A stretch of 64,000 bases of DNA from Candidatus Bathyarchaeota archaeon (GTDB lineage: Archaea; Thermoproteota; Bathyarchaeia; TCS64). The translations under genes were made by a program, and so were the position numbers. Of the stretch, positions 10,394-19,954 are shown one piece after another. The stretch's first letter is position 1. Every line of letters begins with the position of its first letter. The stretch covers positions 372,452-436,451 of the forward strand of contig JASLYX010000001.1 in NCBI GenBank assembly GCA_030739585.1. The letters are read 5' to 3'. Under the pieces are notes generated by a model. The model had not been told where the DNA came from. It did not search any database and saw only the letters and a program-made list of their open reading frames with translations.

Positions 10394-11047
10394 TCAGAAT
10401 CGCTGGCTATACCTCTGCTCCGTCCAGGGGTCTGCTTCATTGTGGTAGCCGTTCCTCTCCCAGAAACCAGGGCGATCACGATCCTTAAACTCAAGCCCTC
10501 TGAGCCATTTTCCTCCCTTCCAGAGGTAAGTGGTCTTCGCCTCACTCCTGTCTGGAAAAGAGCCGATAACCCCCCTAAGAGGATATCCGTGATCTGGAGT
10601 GAGGGGTTCCCCCGCATAATGGGTAGCAAGGAGGAAGTTGTCAGCCATGACTAGATCGATGGGAAGATTTTCAGTGAAGTTATGCTCACAATGCTGGATG
10701 ACAAATTTGGCTTCGGGTTTGGGCTTAATTATGCCCTCCTCGACGAGGTCCCTAATGAAGACACCCTCCCACTCCGTATCTAGTTTTGACCACCAGGTTA
10801 CACAATGTATGTCCAGGATGATCTTCCTCTGTGGGAGATCATTGAACTCCTCCCACGTTAAGATGACTTCCTCCTCAACAAGACCGAAAACCCTAAAGTC
10901 CCAATCTGATAGGTTGACTTTAGGGATTGATCCGTAGTGGAGGATGGGGAACTTCTCAGTGAGGGACTGCCCGGGGGGGAGACGTCTGAGTTCTTCCCCA
11001 TCGCCCTTCTTGAAACGAGATAAGAAGCCACTCAAAACAAGCGCCAA
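10394..11047 (-). CDS. Sulfite oxidase-like molybdopterin oxidoreductase
   Basis: RLPPGQ, DIHCVTWWS (Mo-ligand Cys), HGYPLR, WKGGKWL, GFWERNGYH. Confidence 0.9.
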   Translation of the reverse strand: MALVLSGFLSRFKKGDGEELRRLPPGQSLTEKFPILHYGSIPKVNLSDWDFRVFGLVEEEVILTWEEFNDLPQRKIILDIHCVTWWSKLDTEWEGVFIRDLVEEGIIKPKPEAKFVIQHCEHNFTENLPIDLVMADNFLLATHYAGEPLTPDHGYPLRGVIGSFPDRSEAKTTYLWKGGKWLRGLEFKDRDRPGFWERNGYHNEADPWTEQRYSQRF

Positions 11048-11190
11048 GATGAAGAAACAAACAGCAGTTTATCAAGGTATGTAAAAATCTGTTTATTCCC
11101 GGCGGATAAATAGGTGGCATTCATATTTCTCCGAAGTTGTCTGCTTCGACGATTTCTTTAAGGATCAAAGGCTATCTATCTTTAATCATC

Positions 11191-12336
11191 ATGGATTTTG
11201 AAGGAAGGCTGAGTCGAGCAAGAGAGGAGATGCGGAAAATGGGCGTTGATTTGATGTACCTCCGCCGGGGAGCTAAGCTATGGTACTTGGCTGGTATTCG
11301 GAGGCGAGGGCCTGAGATGACTGATCATAACACCTATGGGGACTATATTCAGGGTGCTTACGTAGGGGCTGAGGAGGGCTTCGTCCTAGTGGGACCCCGG
11401 ATGGGTAGCGCAGCATGGGTATACGAGGCCAAGGGAAAACCCTGGATCAATGAATTGAGGATCATTGATGAGTCTGAGACCCCGGAGAAGGTCCTAGAGG
11501 AGGTCCTCAAGGGATTCGATGTTAAGGGCGATGTCATGGTTGACGAGCGAGCCTGGGCTCAGGGAGGGCTTCTAATTCAGAAAAATCTCCCGCGATCAGG
11601 CTTGAGACTTGCTTCGGAGATCATCGATCCAATGAAGATGATTAAGGACAAAAACGAGATCGCCCTTATGAAAAAGGTGGGCGAGATTACTGATAAGGTA
11701 TATGGCGAGGTAGTAAATCACCTCAAGGTGGGTCTGAAGGAGGAGGAGGTGGCCCATGAGGTGGACTACCAGTTCACCAAACACAACTCAGATCAAACCT
11801 CCTTCGTTACCGGGGTGAGGTTCAGCAGCCCCAAGAGACCTAGGAGGCTTCACGCGTCTCGGTCGACATCTAGGAGCCTGCATGAGGGAGATACTATCAC
11901 GTTTGACTTTGGTGGAGTCTACCAAGGTTACTGCTCCGACTTCGGGAGGACGGTCTACGTGGGGGATCCCCCGGCAAAGGTAAAGGAGATCCATAATGCC
12001 GTGATGGATGCACAGGCTGCAGCCATACAGGTGATGGTGAGTGATACGATAACAGCGCAGGGGCTGGATAGGATAGCCCGGGGCCTCATCACAGACAGGG
12101 GATACGGCGAGTGCTTCGGCCACAGACTAGGACATGGGATAGGGGTCACCGTGCACGAGCCACCTTTTCTCTACATCCCCGACGACACGATGCTCCAGAC
12201 CGGGATGACATTCACTGTGGAGCCCAGCATCCGGCTTCCAAACAGCTGGTCGGTTAGGGTAGAGGACGTCGTGATGGTCACTGAAGAGGGAGGACTCCCT
12301 TTCACTAACTATCATAAAGAGCTAATCACCATATGA
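11191..12336 (+). CDS. Xaa-Pro peptidase (M24 family)
   Basis: DFG..YCSDFGRT, HRLGHGIG, VHEPP, TVEP, RVED metal ligands; start placed at ATG 11191. Confidence 0.9.
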   Translation: MDFEGRLSRAREEMRKMGVDLMYLRRGAKLWYLAGIRRRGPEMTDHNTYGDYIQGAYVGAEEGFVLVGPRMGSAAWVYEAKGKPWINELRIIDESETPEKVLEEVLKGFDVKGDVMVDERAWAQGGLLIQKNLPRSGLRLASEIIDPMKMIKDKNEIALMKKVGEITDKVYGEVVNHLKVGLKEEEVAHEVDYQFTKHNSDQTSFVTGVRFSSPKRPRRLHASRSTSRSLHEGDTITFDFGGVYQGYCSDFGRTVYVGDPPAKVKEIHNAVMDAQAAAIQVMVSDTITAQGLDRIARGLITDRGYGECFGHRLGHGIGVTVHEPPFLYIPDDTMLQTGMTFTVEPSIRLPNSWSVRVEDVVMVTEEGGLPFTNYHKELITI

Positions 12337-12362
12337 CCGACACGCAATCACGTGTACCGTTG

Positions 12363-12649
12363 TCAGGTTTTTTTAAGGGTCTTCTCCAGGATGTCGAGAC
12401 CCTTCTCGAGGAGATCGTCATTTATGCTTAGTGGTGAATGCAAATGGATGCAGTTGTCATAGAGGCCTGCCTTGAACGTCAGCAGTCCCGAGGAAAGTGT
12501 AGCCTTCATCACCCTGGATGAAGCCTCCGGGTTTGGCTTTTTTTTGAGCTGCGGTCATCACCATCTCAATGACAAGCATGGGTCCCTTACCACTGTCCTC
12601 TTCAATGGTCTCGAATGTATCGAACTAGATCTTGATTATGTGGGACCCA
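12363..12649 (-). pseudogene. C-terminal relic of a class III aminotransferase (GabT-like)
   Basis: Hand translation SGKGPMLVIEMV [frameshift in a poly-A run] KPNPEASSRVMKATLSSGLLTFKAGLYDNCIHLHSPLSINDDLLEKGLDILEKTL*; internal TAG; truncated next to the islet repeat. Confidence 0.7.
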
Positions 12650-12668
12650 CTCCTTCAGGGAACTCTGC

Positions 12669-12728
12669 CTTCAGGAAACGAAGGTAGGAGGGTTTATCCC
12701 AAAGTGCGGGTGGTTGGATTCCCACCCA
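12669..12728. repeat. Degenerate copy of the tRNA-Leu 3' end plus downstream flank (att-like direct repeat)
   Basis: 54/60 identical to 17102-17161 by hand alignment. Confidence 0.9.
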
Positions 12729-13230
12729 GATTTACTAGTAAAATTGAAACATAATCGATGATTTTATCCTCACATCCCCTCAACTCTATGATATAGCCGA
12801 CCCATTGCTTGGTATCGAAGTGATGAAAAATGATTGACATAACACATCGATTTCAAACAGACTTTAATGGGAAAGACCCCGACAAATATTAGCAGATTAG
12901 GAACCCGATCTAGTAGAAGACTTACTAGACTACGCCCAAGAATCTATGAGAACCCGAACAAATAAAGATTCAGCGAAGAAATCGAGAGTTCTTTGTCAAT
13001 TGATAAGCGACGATAATTGTATAGGCGGGAAAGTAGAGCGCAAGATCTGAATGCTATGTCAATGTTCGTGCGCTTGATCGATTATGCGCGTGCAGGCCCT
13101 CATCGACAAGAATTTCTTGCGTAAAACACGGGATTTCTGGTAGATGAACCATGGGTGTTGTCACGATACTAATCATAGCCTACCCTAGAGAGTCTAGAAA
13201 CAAGAAAATGATTTTAATTCTAACATATTC

Positions 13231-14490
13231 TCAATCTAATGTTATTATCCCATCTATCATACAGAACTTTATTTTCCTTAAATCGCTGATGTCTTTTTCT
13301 GGGTTGCCCTCCACGGATATGATATCTGCTTTCACCCCCACTTTAATTGTCCCAAAGATGTCTCCCATCCTGTATGCCTCTGCCGCGGTACCCGTTGCCG
13401 AGGATATGACTTCTAGAGGTGACATACCTGCGTCCACCATCATCTCCATAGCCCTCAGCAGACGCGTCGAGTTCCCGAGTCCCGTAGCGTCTGACCCCGC
13501 GACAACCTTAACCCCCATTTTTCTCATCCTAGAGAGGTTTTCGAATTTCCTTTGGAACTTATAATTCAGTTCCTCCCAAGCTCTTTCTTCGTCATCAGCC
13601 AGCACCTGCCCCTCTTTCGTTATAGCCCCGAGTGAATCATATCTATCAGACCCGGTCTGCAGAGTGGGGCAATAGTAAAGACCCTTCTCGGTCATGGTTT
13701 TCACGGCGTCCTCGTCGAATCCTCTGGACCCATCCGGGGTCAAGAAGCCACAGTGACAGAGGATGTCCACGCCAGCCCGGGCCGCGTTCCCCACGGAGTC
13801 ATACGCCTCACAATGGGCTGTTATCACGCGTCCTAACCTGTGAGACGCTTCCACCGCCGAACGCATCTCTCCCTCGCTGAAGGTGACCTGGCTCGCCGTT
13901 GGGCCTCCGAGGGATCCGATGTTAACTGAGCCTCCACCTGATGCCATAATCTTGACAAAGTCCACATCCTCCTTGACGAACTGCCCTACCCTCGCGACCA
14001 CCTGGTCAACTCCATTTGCCTCGTTGTCGTTGCAGAAGTGGAAATGTCCGCCAGTACTGGTGAGAGGTCTACCAGCGACGAGAAGCCTTGGGCCCTCCAC
14101 TATTCCTAGTTTGATTCCCTGCCTCAGGCTCTGGGCCACTAGGTTTCTGGCCCCTGCATCCATCATGGTGGTTATTCCTGCTCGTAAGGCCGCTCTGACG
14201 TTTGATACTCCAGCCATCAAGTGGATGGAGTCAGACTCTCTGCTGATCTTGCTGTATCCCCCATAAGTCCCTAATGTGAGGTGTATGTGTGTGTCCACCA
14301 GACCTGGGAGCACTGTCTGTTCCCCTAGGTTCACCTCCCTGACCCCGGTACCTTGCGGTATTTCATCTTGACCGTCCTCGTCTATGAGGTGTATTTGGTT
14401 GTCTTTGACAACAATCACAGGATCATTAACTGGTTTATTTCCAGTTCCGTCAATCATGCGCTTGGCGCGAATAACCGTGTATTCACTCAT
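13231..14490 (-). CDS. Amidohydrolase family protein (prolidase-like metal-dependent hydrolase A group)
   Basis: PGLVDTHIH, STGGH, VKIMASGG, AHC, AGSD motifs. Confidence 0.88.
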   Translation of the reverse strand: MSEYTVIRAKRMIDGTGNKPVNDPVIVVKDNQIHLIDEDGQDEIPQGTGVREVNLGEQTVLPGLVDTHIHLTLGTYGGYSKISRESDSIHLMAGVSNVRAALRAGITTMMDAGARNLVAQSLRQGIKLGIVEGPRLLVAGRPLTSTGGHFHFCNDNEANGVDQVVARVGQFVKEDVDFVKIMASGGGSVNIGSLGGPTASQVTFSEGEMRSAVEASHRLGRVITAHCEAYDSVGNAARAGVDILCHCGFLTPDGSRGFDEDAVKTMTEKGLYYCPTLQTGSDRYDSLGAITKEGQVLADDEERAWEELNYKFQRKFENLSRMRKMGVKVVAGSDATGLGNSTRLLRAMEMMVDAGMSPLEVISSATGTAAEAYRMGDIFGTIKVGVKADIISVEGNPEKDISDLRKIKFCMIDGIITLD

Positions 14491-14576
14491 AGTAAGTGAA
14501 TACTATGGTTGGTATATTGTTTTAACTCGGTGGGTCTGAGAAACAATTTTAACAATTTGCGTCAGATATTTAGAAA

Positions 14577-15308
14577 ATGCATATCAATATCGCCGATGTC
14601 GAAGGATTGGAGATTACTCAGGGAGTTGTGGAGAGGACTTTACTCCGACCTGAGCAAACAGAGACTAGTGACCTGACCGTAAAACACCACGTCCTTACCG
14701 GGGGGGAGATAATGTTCGTGGAGGATGGCGTAGAATATCAGCATTATATCATCTCCGGGTGTGCCCTTATGAAGGGCCGCCTACTGCACGGCGATTCGGG
14801 TGTCTTCGTCCCTGGCAGCAGCCGGTTCGGTGAGCCCCATAAACACGGCTTTGCCCATACGGGGGAAGGAAAGCTGCGGATACTTACGGTGATATATAAG
14901 ACGCCTCGTCCAAACTTCAGGTGGGCCAAGACTAGGATCAAGAACCTGAGCCAAGTCGAGGGCCGCCTCGGGGGCATGTTTGCCCAACAAATATTCACGG
15001 AGGAGGAGCATGCGCTTATGGGGGCTCTTAGAATGCATTCTCTTGATGTTCAGACTCATGCGCCTGGCGTCGTTCTGCCCGTTCACCGAAACCCTGAGGA
15101 GTTTGCGTATATTCTAAGGGGGACGGGCGAGGTAATGTCCGGAGACAATAGGGTAAGGGTGAGACCCGGTTCTTTGGTGTACACCGAAGAGGCCGTTCCG
15201 CATGCAGTAAAAAATACTAGCGAAGACCTTCCTCTTCAGTATGTTGCATTCGAGTTCACGAGACAGGACGAGAGCTGGACCGAGATGGGGTACAATGAAA
15301 AAACGTGA
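14577..15308 (+). CDS. Bicupin protein, paralog A
   Basis: C-terminal cupin H-R-N-P-E-E...GTG...PGS...H; degenerate N-terminal cupin. Confidence 0.8.
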   Translation: MHINIADVEGLEITQGVVERTLLRPEQTETSDLTVKHHVLTGGEIMFVEDGVEYQHYIISGCALMKGRLLHGDSGVFVPGSSRFGEPHKHGFAHTGEGKLRILTVIYKTPRPNFRWAKTRIKNLSQVEGRLGGMFAQQIFTEEEHALMGALRMHSLDVQTHAPGVVLPVHRNPEEFAYILRGTGEVMSGDNRVRVRPGSLVYTEEAVPHAVKNTSEDLPLQYVAFEFTRQDESWTEMGYNEKT

Positions 15309-15379
15309 GCGCATAATATCGTTTTTAGCGAGCGATGTCCGCGTATTTATTGGTGGATAAAAGGATTCTGTGATGAATA

Positions 15380-16105
15380 ATGCACGTTAATATTGACAGC
15401 GTAAAAGAGAAAGAAATATCACCCGGGGTAATTGGGAGGGTTCTCCTGGCGGAAGGCCAGTCATCTCCGGGAGGCTTGACGGTATTTCACCACACCCTTA
15501 CGGATGGTGAAGTTGTTTTTGATCAGCAGGGAGCCGAGTTCCAGCACTATATCGTCCAAGGATGTGCCAGGATAGGAGGAAAGTTCGTCCACTCCGAGAC
15601 CGCGATATTCGTGCCAGGTAGCTCAAGGTTCGGTGATCCCCATAAACATAGGATAGCCCACGACGGGGAGGGGGAGCTCCGAATAGTCACCGCCATCTAC
15701 AAAACGGATCGACCGAATTTCAGGTGGGCCAAGTCTCGCAGCAGAAACCTCTACCAGGCGTTGCCGAGCGTCTCAACCATCATAAATCAGCAGCTCATAA
15801 CCGAAGAGGAGCACGCCCTCATGGGGGCGCTCAAAATGCATGCACTTGACATCCAAACCCATGCGCCCCTCACGGGTAACCCCGAGCATAAGAACCCCGA
15901 AGAGGTCATGTACGTTTTAAGAGGAACGGGAGAGGCGGTATGTGGCGAAGAAAAGTATCATGTGAAGCCTGGAGCGCTCATCTACTCAAAGGAAGGAGAG
16001 GTCCATGGTATCTATAACCGTGACGACAAGCTGCCACTGCAGTACTTTGTCCTCGAGTTCATTGATCACGACAAGATGTGGACGGAGAGAGGCTACAGGG
16101 TCTAA
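15380..16105 (+). CDS. Bicupin protein, paralog B
   Basis: HKNPEE...GTG...PG...H; shares FVPGSSRFG, RPNFRWAK and TEEEHALMGAL with the upstream gene. Confidence 0.8.
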   Translation: MHVNIDSVKEKEISPGVIGRVLLAEGQSSPGGLTVFHHTLTDGEVVFDQQGAEFQHYIVQGCARIGGKFVHSETAIFVPGSSRFGDPHKHRIAHDGEGELRIVTAIYKTDRPNFRWAKSRSRNLYQALPSVSTIINQQLITEEEHALMGALKMHALDIQTHAPLTGNPEHKNPEEVMYVLRGTGEAVCGEEKYHVKPGALIYSKEGEVHGIYNRDDKLPLQYFVLEFIDHDKMWTERGYRV

Positions 16106-16431
16106 ACTCATTATCTCTGTTTTTTGAGCCACAGGCACAGACGAGACTCTTTTCAGAGTTCTTTGTCAACTCTGACTCGCCCACCACATAATTGAATTAT
16201 GTTTCATGGCCGAGTAAAGATTTCTTCAATCAAATACATTTATCTGGTTAGATAGAATAAAAGCAAACCCGCTAGTTTTCTAGGCTTTAGAGTCCCTAGC
16301 TGGATTACGCCCCTATATGGCACTTGATTCCGTCCACGCCTTCCTCGAGGAGAGAACGGTCATTAGGCTCCACGAGTTCGACGAGCTCCTGAAGAGCGTC
16401 GAAAGATAGCCTCCGGAGGTTCCCGGACCCC

Positions 16432-16441
16432 ATTTAAATAA
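16432..16441 (+). promoter_or_regulatory. TATA box for a probably leaderless thioredoxin-like transcript
   Basis: atttaaataa about 25 nt upstream of ATG 16463 in an otherwise GC-rich stretch. Confidence 0.55.
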
Positions 16442-16462
16442 GCCCCGCCGTTAGGATGAACC

Positions 16463-17041
16463 ATGTCATTCACACTCCATATAGGAGAAAAAGCACCGGA
16501 CTTCGAGCTCCCCGCCACCGACGGCAACACCTACAGCCTCGGCGACCTCGACGATGAGACCCTCGTGGTCTTCTTCACATGTAACCACTGCCCCTACGTC
16601 ATCGGATCAGACGAGGCGACCCGGGGGACAGTGGAGAAGTTCTCGCTCAAGGGCGTCAGGTTCGTGGGGATTAACTCCAACAGCATCAAGACCGTGCCCG
16701 GGGACGGATTCCCCCAGATGGTGGAACGCATGAAGGAGCACGGGTTCCCCTGGCTCTACCTCAGGGACAAATCCCAGGAGGTCGCCAAGGAATACGGCGC
16801 CCTGAGGACGCCACACTTTTACGTCTTCGACAGGGAGCGCAAGCTGGTCTACACGGGACGCGCCATCGACAACCCCCGAGAGTCCTCGAAATCGACGGTG
16901 TTCGACCTGGACAGGGCCCTCGAGGAGCACACCTCGGGGAAGCCGGTGAGCGTCCCCCTCACTAACCCCATCGGGTGCAACGTAAAGTGGGAAGGGCAGG
17001 ACGCCCACTGGATGCCCCCCGAGGCTTGCGACCTCGTCTAG
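16463..17041 (+). CDS. Thioredoxin-fold AhpC/TSA-like protein
   Basis: [30 protein letters not shown]. Confidence 0.9.
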   Translation: MSFTLHIGEKAPDFELPATDGNTYSLGDLDDETLVVFFTCNHCPYVIGSDEATRGTVEKFSLKGVRFVGINSNSIKTVPGDGFPQMVERMKEHGFPWLYLRDKSQEVAKEYGALRTPHFYVFDRERKLVYTGRAIDNPRESSKSTVFDLDRALEEHTSGKPVSVPLTNPIGCNVKWEGQDAHWMPPEACDLV

Positions 17042-17101
17042 CGACGGACTAACTGCTGAAATACTGCTTCAAAGGGGCCACGGCTTTTCACCATTGAGAG
17101 A

Positions 17102-17161
17102 CTTCCGGAAACGAAGGTAGGAGGGTTTATCCAAAAGTGCGGGGGGTGGGATTCGAACCCA
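17102..17161. repeat. Intact copy of the att-like direct repeat (overlaps the tRNA-Leu 3' end)
   Basis: Matches 12669-12728. Confidence 0.9.
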
Positions 17162-17220
17162 CGGAGGACTAGTCCATCAGGTCCTAAGCCTGACCCCTTT
17201 GGCCACTCGGGAACCCCCGC
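17138..17220 (-). tRNA. tRNA-Leu (TAG), no intron, CCA not encoded
   Basis: GCGGGGG/CCCCCGC acceptor stem, TCAGG-CTTAGGA-CCTGA anticodon arm, long variable arm, GTGGG-TTCGAAT-CCCAC T arm. Confidence 0.97.
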
Positions 17221-17297
17221 TGGTAATCATATCAATCTCCTGAACCGGATTAAAGCATTACCTGACACCAAGGCTCCATCGCACGCGAGCCATCTTG

Positions 17298-18059
17298 CTA
17301 AAGAAGATAACGGGGTTCTCCTTTAATGGATTCCACTAACTCTAAGGCCGTCTTAACCTTCTGCTCTATCCCATCTAGGATGAGCCGGACCGAGCCCTCG
17401 GCTCCTGCTATCCCCCCGGCAGCATATAGATGCGCATCCACCCCGGTCAGGAGCCGGAGCGCCTCTATTTCAGTGATAATCGTCCCCATGAGGGGCCAGA
17501 GGGTCATTCCCTTGGAATCTTCTTGGGCGGCGAGCCGGTGCAGATTATCTATATTCTCGTAGACCTGCTTTTCTAGCCCAATCGGGATGACGAGATGGAT
17601 CTTCTTCCCTATGACGCTTCCTATGACTGATCCCACAGTGCCCCCTGTGGGGCTCGCAATTAGTACCCCCGCTTTACTTCTCAGATAATCCAGAGCATTA
17701 GCTCCTTTGAGGTAGACGTCCCCCTGCCCCATTTCCCCCACGGCGCTGAACCTATCTAGCTCCGGGGCCACCTTCCCTTTTCTGAACACTACGTCGGGAA
17801 TCCTTTCATCATGGGCCTCAGGATGCCTTTCTGGTTGCTTCGGCGTCGTGATACCGCTCCGATACCTCCTCTTATCGAACCGTTTTCCCCAGAGCTCCTC
17901 AAGAACATAGGCGTTCGTGGTCCCTGTCGCTACCACCACCATCCCTTCCTTCATAGCCCGTCTCACCTCAGGCATTGCAGCAACGCCCATGGCGATTAGT
18001 CTCTTGGACTCTGACACAGTCAGAACAACCTGTCGCTTCAAATCAGATCTTGATACCAT
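17298..18059 (-). CDS. Conserved hypothetical protein (possibly NagB/RpiA/CoA-transferase-like fold)
   Basis: LTVSESKRLIA, GTTNAYV, KGANALD, GGTVG, IPIGLEK, AGGIAGAEGS motifs; fold is inference. Confidence 0.75.
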   Translation of the reverse strand: MVSRSDLKRQVVLTVSESKRLIAMGVAAMPEVRRAMKEGMVVVATGTTNAYVLEELWGKRFDKRRYRSGITTPKQPERHPEAHDERIPDVVFRKGKVAPELDRFSAVGEMGQGDVYLKGANALDYLRSKAGVLIASPTGGTVGSVIGSVIGKKIHLVIPIGLEKQVYENIDNLHRLAAQEDSKGMTLWPLMGTIITEIEALRLLTGVDAHLYAAGGIAGAEGSVRLILDGIEQKVKTALELVESIKGEPRYLL

Positions 18060-18380
18060 TCGTTTAATTAGAATATTAGTTGAACCCTCAGTAACCAGGC
18101 TCATCTGATTATAACTATGTAAATCTCAAGACTTCCAGAGGATTTCCGAAAGCTGCTGCCTATATAGACGTTCTTCGAGTGTTTCGCCTTGGACATTATG
18201 ACCATTAATAAAAAAGAATATCAAAGACTTCTGCACGAATAAGGAGACCTCCAGTTTCCGAGGGATTGAACATGGTTACCTAAAAGATAAAAGAGATCAT
18301 AGATGATCTCTAGACTCCATTTTTCCTATGAATCTCGTTTAAAACTGACATCTTTTCCATTTTAAGGATTACTAGTAAAT

Positions 18381-18456
18381 TGGTGCGGCCGCCGGGATTT
18401 GAACCCGGGACGTTGGCTTGGAAGGCCAAAATCATGCCAGACTTGACCACGGCCGC
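18381..18456 (-). tRNA. tRNA-Gly (TCC), CCA encoded
   Basis: GCGGCCG/CGGCCGC acceptor stem, TTGGC-CTTCCAA-GCCAA anticodon arm, CCGGG-TTCAAAT-CCCGG T arm, ACCA end. Confidence 0.97.
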
Positions 18457-18493
18457 TTACCATCAAACATGTGCATGACCGTTAAAATGTTTC

Positions 18494-18946
18494 TCAACCA
18501 GCTAGGGGGATTATAATCTCGATGGTGAAATCTTGAGCATCTAAATCCTCAGGGATATACATGATCTCAATGCTATGGAATTCGTTTGATGTTTCGTGTC
18601 CTTGATTCTCGATATATTTCCGCAGGATTTTGTAACATTCCTCTTGAGAAGTATCCGTGTCCTTATAGACAAGAAAAGCCCCGCGGATCGAGGGGAAGAC
18701 CTTAGTTTCAAGCCCCACCACCGAACCATTGATTGGGACCATCAACTCCCTCCGAGTGTTTGTGTCTTTTGTAGGATCGTATTGGACTACCATTGAATGG
18801 ATATATTTGTCTACGTCGATAGAGTGCTGTCCGATGAGGAGACTCAAGAGCTGAGAAATAGCTGGCCCTTCAGATTCCCATGGCCTTAGCACTTTATACG
18901 CTACTTTGATGGGGTCGGTAGTTCTGATTCCTAAGTGTAGAATCAT
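18494..18946 (-). CDS. GyrI-like small-molecule-binding domain protein
   Basis: Y..L..YI...G and terminal EIIIP pattern of effector-binding domains. Confidence 0.6.
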   Translation of the reverse strand: MILHLGIRTTDPIKVAYKVLRPWESEGPAISQLLSLLIGQHSIDVDKYIHSMVVQYDPTKDTNTRRELMVPINGSVVGLETKVFPSIRGAFLVYKDTDTSQEECYKILRKYIENQGHETSNEFHSIEIMYIPEDLDAQDFTIEIIIPLAG

Positions 18947-19165
18947 TTAGCGTTCACCTTAATTCCCGGCTCTTAGAGTTCCCTGAACTTTACACTCAAT
19001 ACATGTGAGCCATTAAAAGGCATATCTCTATGAAAAATGCCATCTCTGCCGAGTCAAAAGACGATAGGACTCTATGTTCTTATCTACTTGCTTGAAAAAT
19101 ATTGTGTATCTAGTGAAAACAACCCGTAGAAAAATATTTCAAAGACTTTAAACACTGTTCAAGAA

Positions 19166-19954
19166 ATGAACTGGTCTTTCTTTGTGCTCTACCTTGGAGG
19201 ATTAGGTCTTGCAAGTGGCCTTGTGATGAGCCTTATCGGGGCTAGCGCAGTAATGGTAATCGTACCTGGCATCACAATCGTCCTCAATTATCCAATGCAT
19301 AAAGCAATCGGCGTGAGCCTTCTAGTAGACGTTATTGCTTCTATGGCAGTCGGTTACGCATATTGGAGAAACGGGAATGTGGACCTGCGAGAGGGGCTCT
19401 GGATAGCTCTTGGCGCTATTGCCGGGGCTCAGTTTGGGGCTGGCATAACCGTTGAAATCCCCGGGACATTTTTGGCAATTGGCTACGGGGTTTGGATGAT
19501 TGGGGCTGGGGCCACTATCTGGAAAAAGGGTCTTGATAGGACTAAGATAGCTGACCGTTTCTATAAATACATCAGATTCAAGACCCGGACGTGGCAAATA
19601 GTATTATGCATCTTTCTGGGACTGCTGATCGGGCTCAATAGTGGCATTTTCGGGGCGGGGGGAGGGGTACTCATTATGCTTGTACTAATGTTCGTCCTAG
19701 ACTATCCCATCCACAGCGCCATAGGTACATCTACCGTAATTATGGCTATCACTGCAGCCTCCTCGACAACGGGCTACATGATGAGAGGAAACGTAGATGT
19801 CACCGCCAGTCTAATTGTGGCGGCGGGAACAGTAATTGGGGGTTTGTCTGGAGCCAAGTTCGTGAATTATGTTAGCGAAAGAAAACTCTCAAAAATAGTT
19901 GGGGGGATCTTCATGATTCTTGGGGTCGTAATGACGGTCCTTAGATTCTTCTAG
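19166..19954 (+). CDS. TauE/SafE family (sulfite exporter-like) membrane protein
   Basis: Duplicated halves with GIFGAGGG and HSAIGTS motifs; about 8 TM segments. Confidence 0.9.
   Translation: MNWSFFVLYLGGLGLASGLVMSLIGASAVMVIVPGITIVLNYPMHKAIGVSLLVDVIASMAVGYAYWRNGNVDLREGLWIALGAIAGAQFGAGITVEIPGTFLAIGYGVWMIGAGATIWKKGLDRTKIADRFYKYIRFKTRTWQIVLCIFLGLLIGLNSGIFGAGGGVLIMLVLMFVLDYPIHSAIGTSTVIMAITAASSTTGYMMRGNVDVTASLIVAAGTVIGGLSGAKFVNYVSERKLSKIVGGIFMILGVVMTVLRFF

Larger units (their letters stand above)
12669..17161. mobile_element. Ancient integrated islet at tRNA-Leu, no intact integrase
   Basis: Bounded by 60-bp direct repeats containing the tRNA 3' end, in the orientation expected for integration; cargo of mixed composition. 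Confidence 0.65.

Noticed and set aside
12729-12746. gatttactagtaaaattg resembles the tRNA-Gly 3' flank at 18367-18382
   Set aside because: Short, AT-rich, needs two indels and includes almost no tRNA sequence; chance cannot be excluded
17102-17127. ttccggaaacgaaggtaggaggg resembles an ORB element
   Set aside because: Spacing does not fit the ORB dyad; better explained as tRNA downstream flank duplicated by integration
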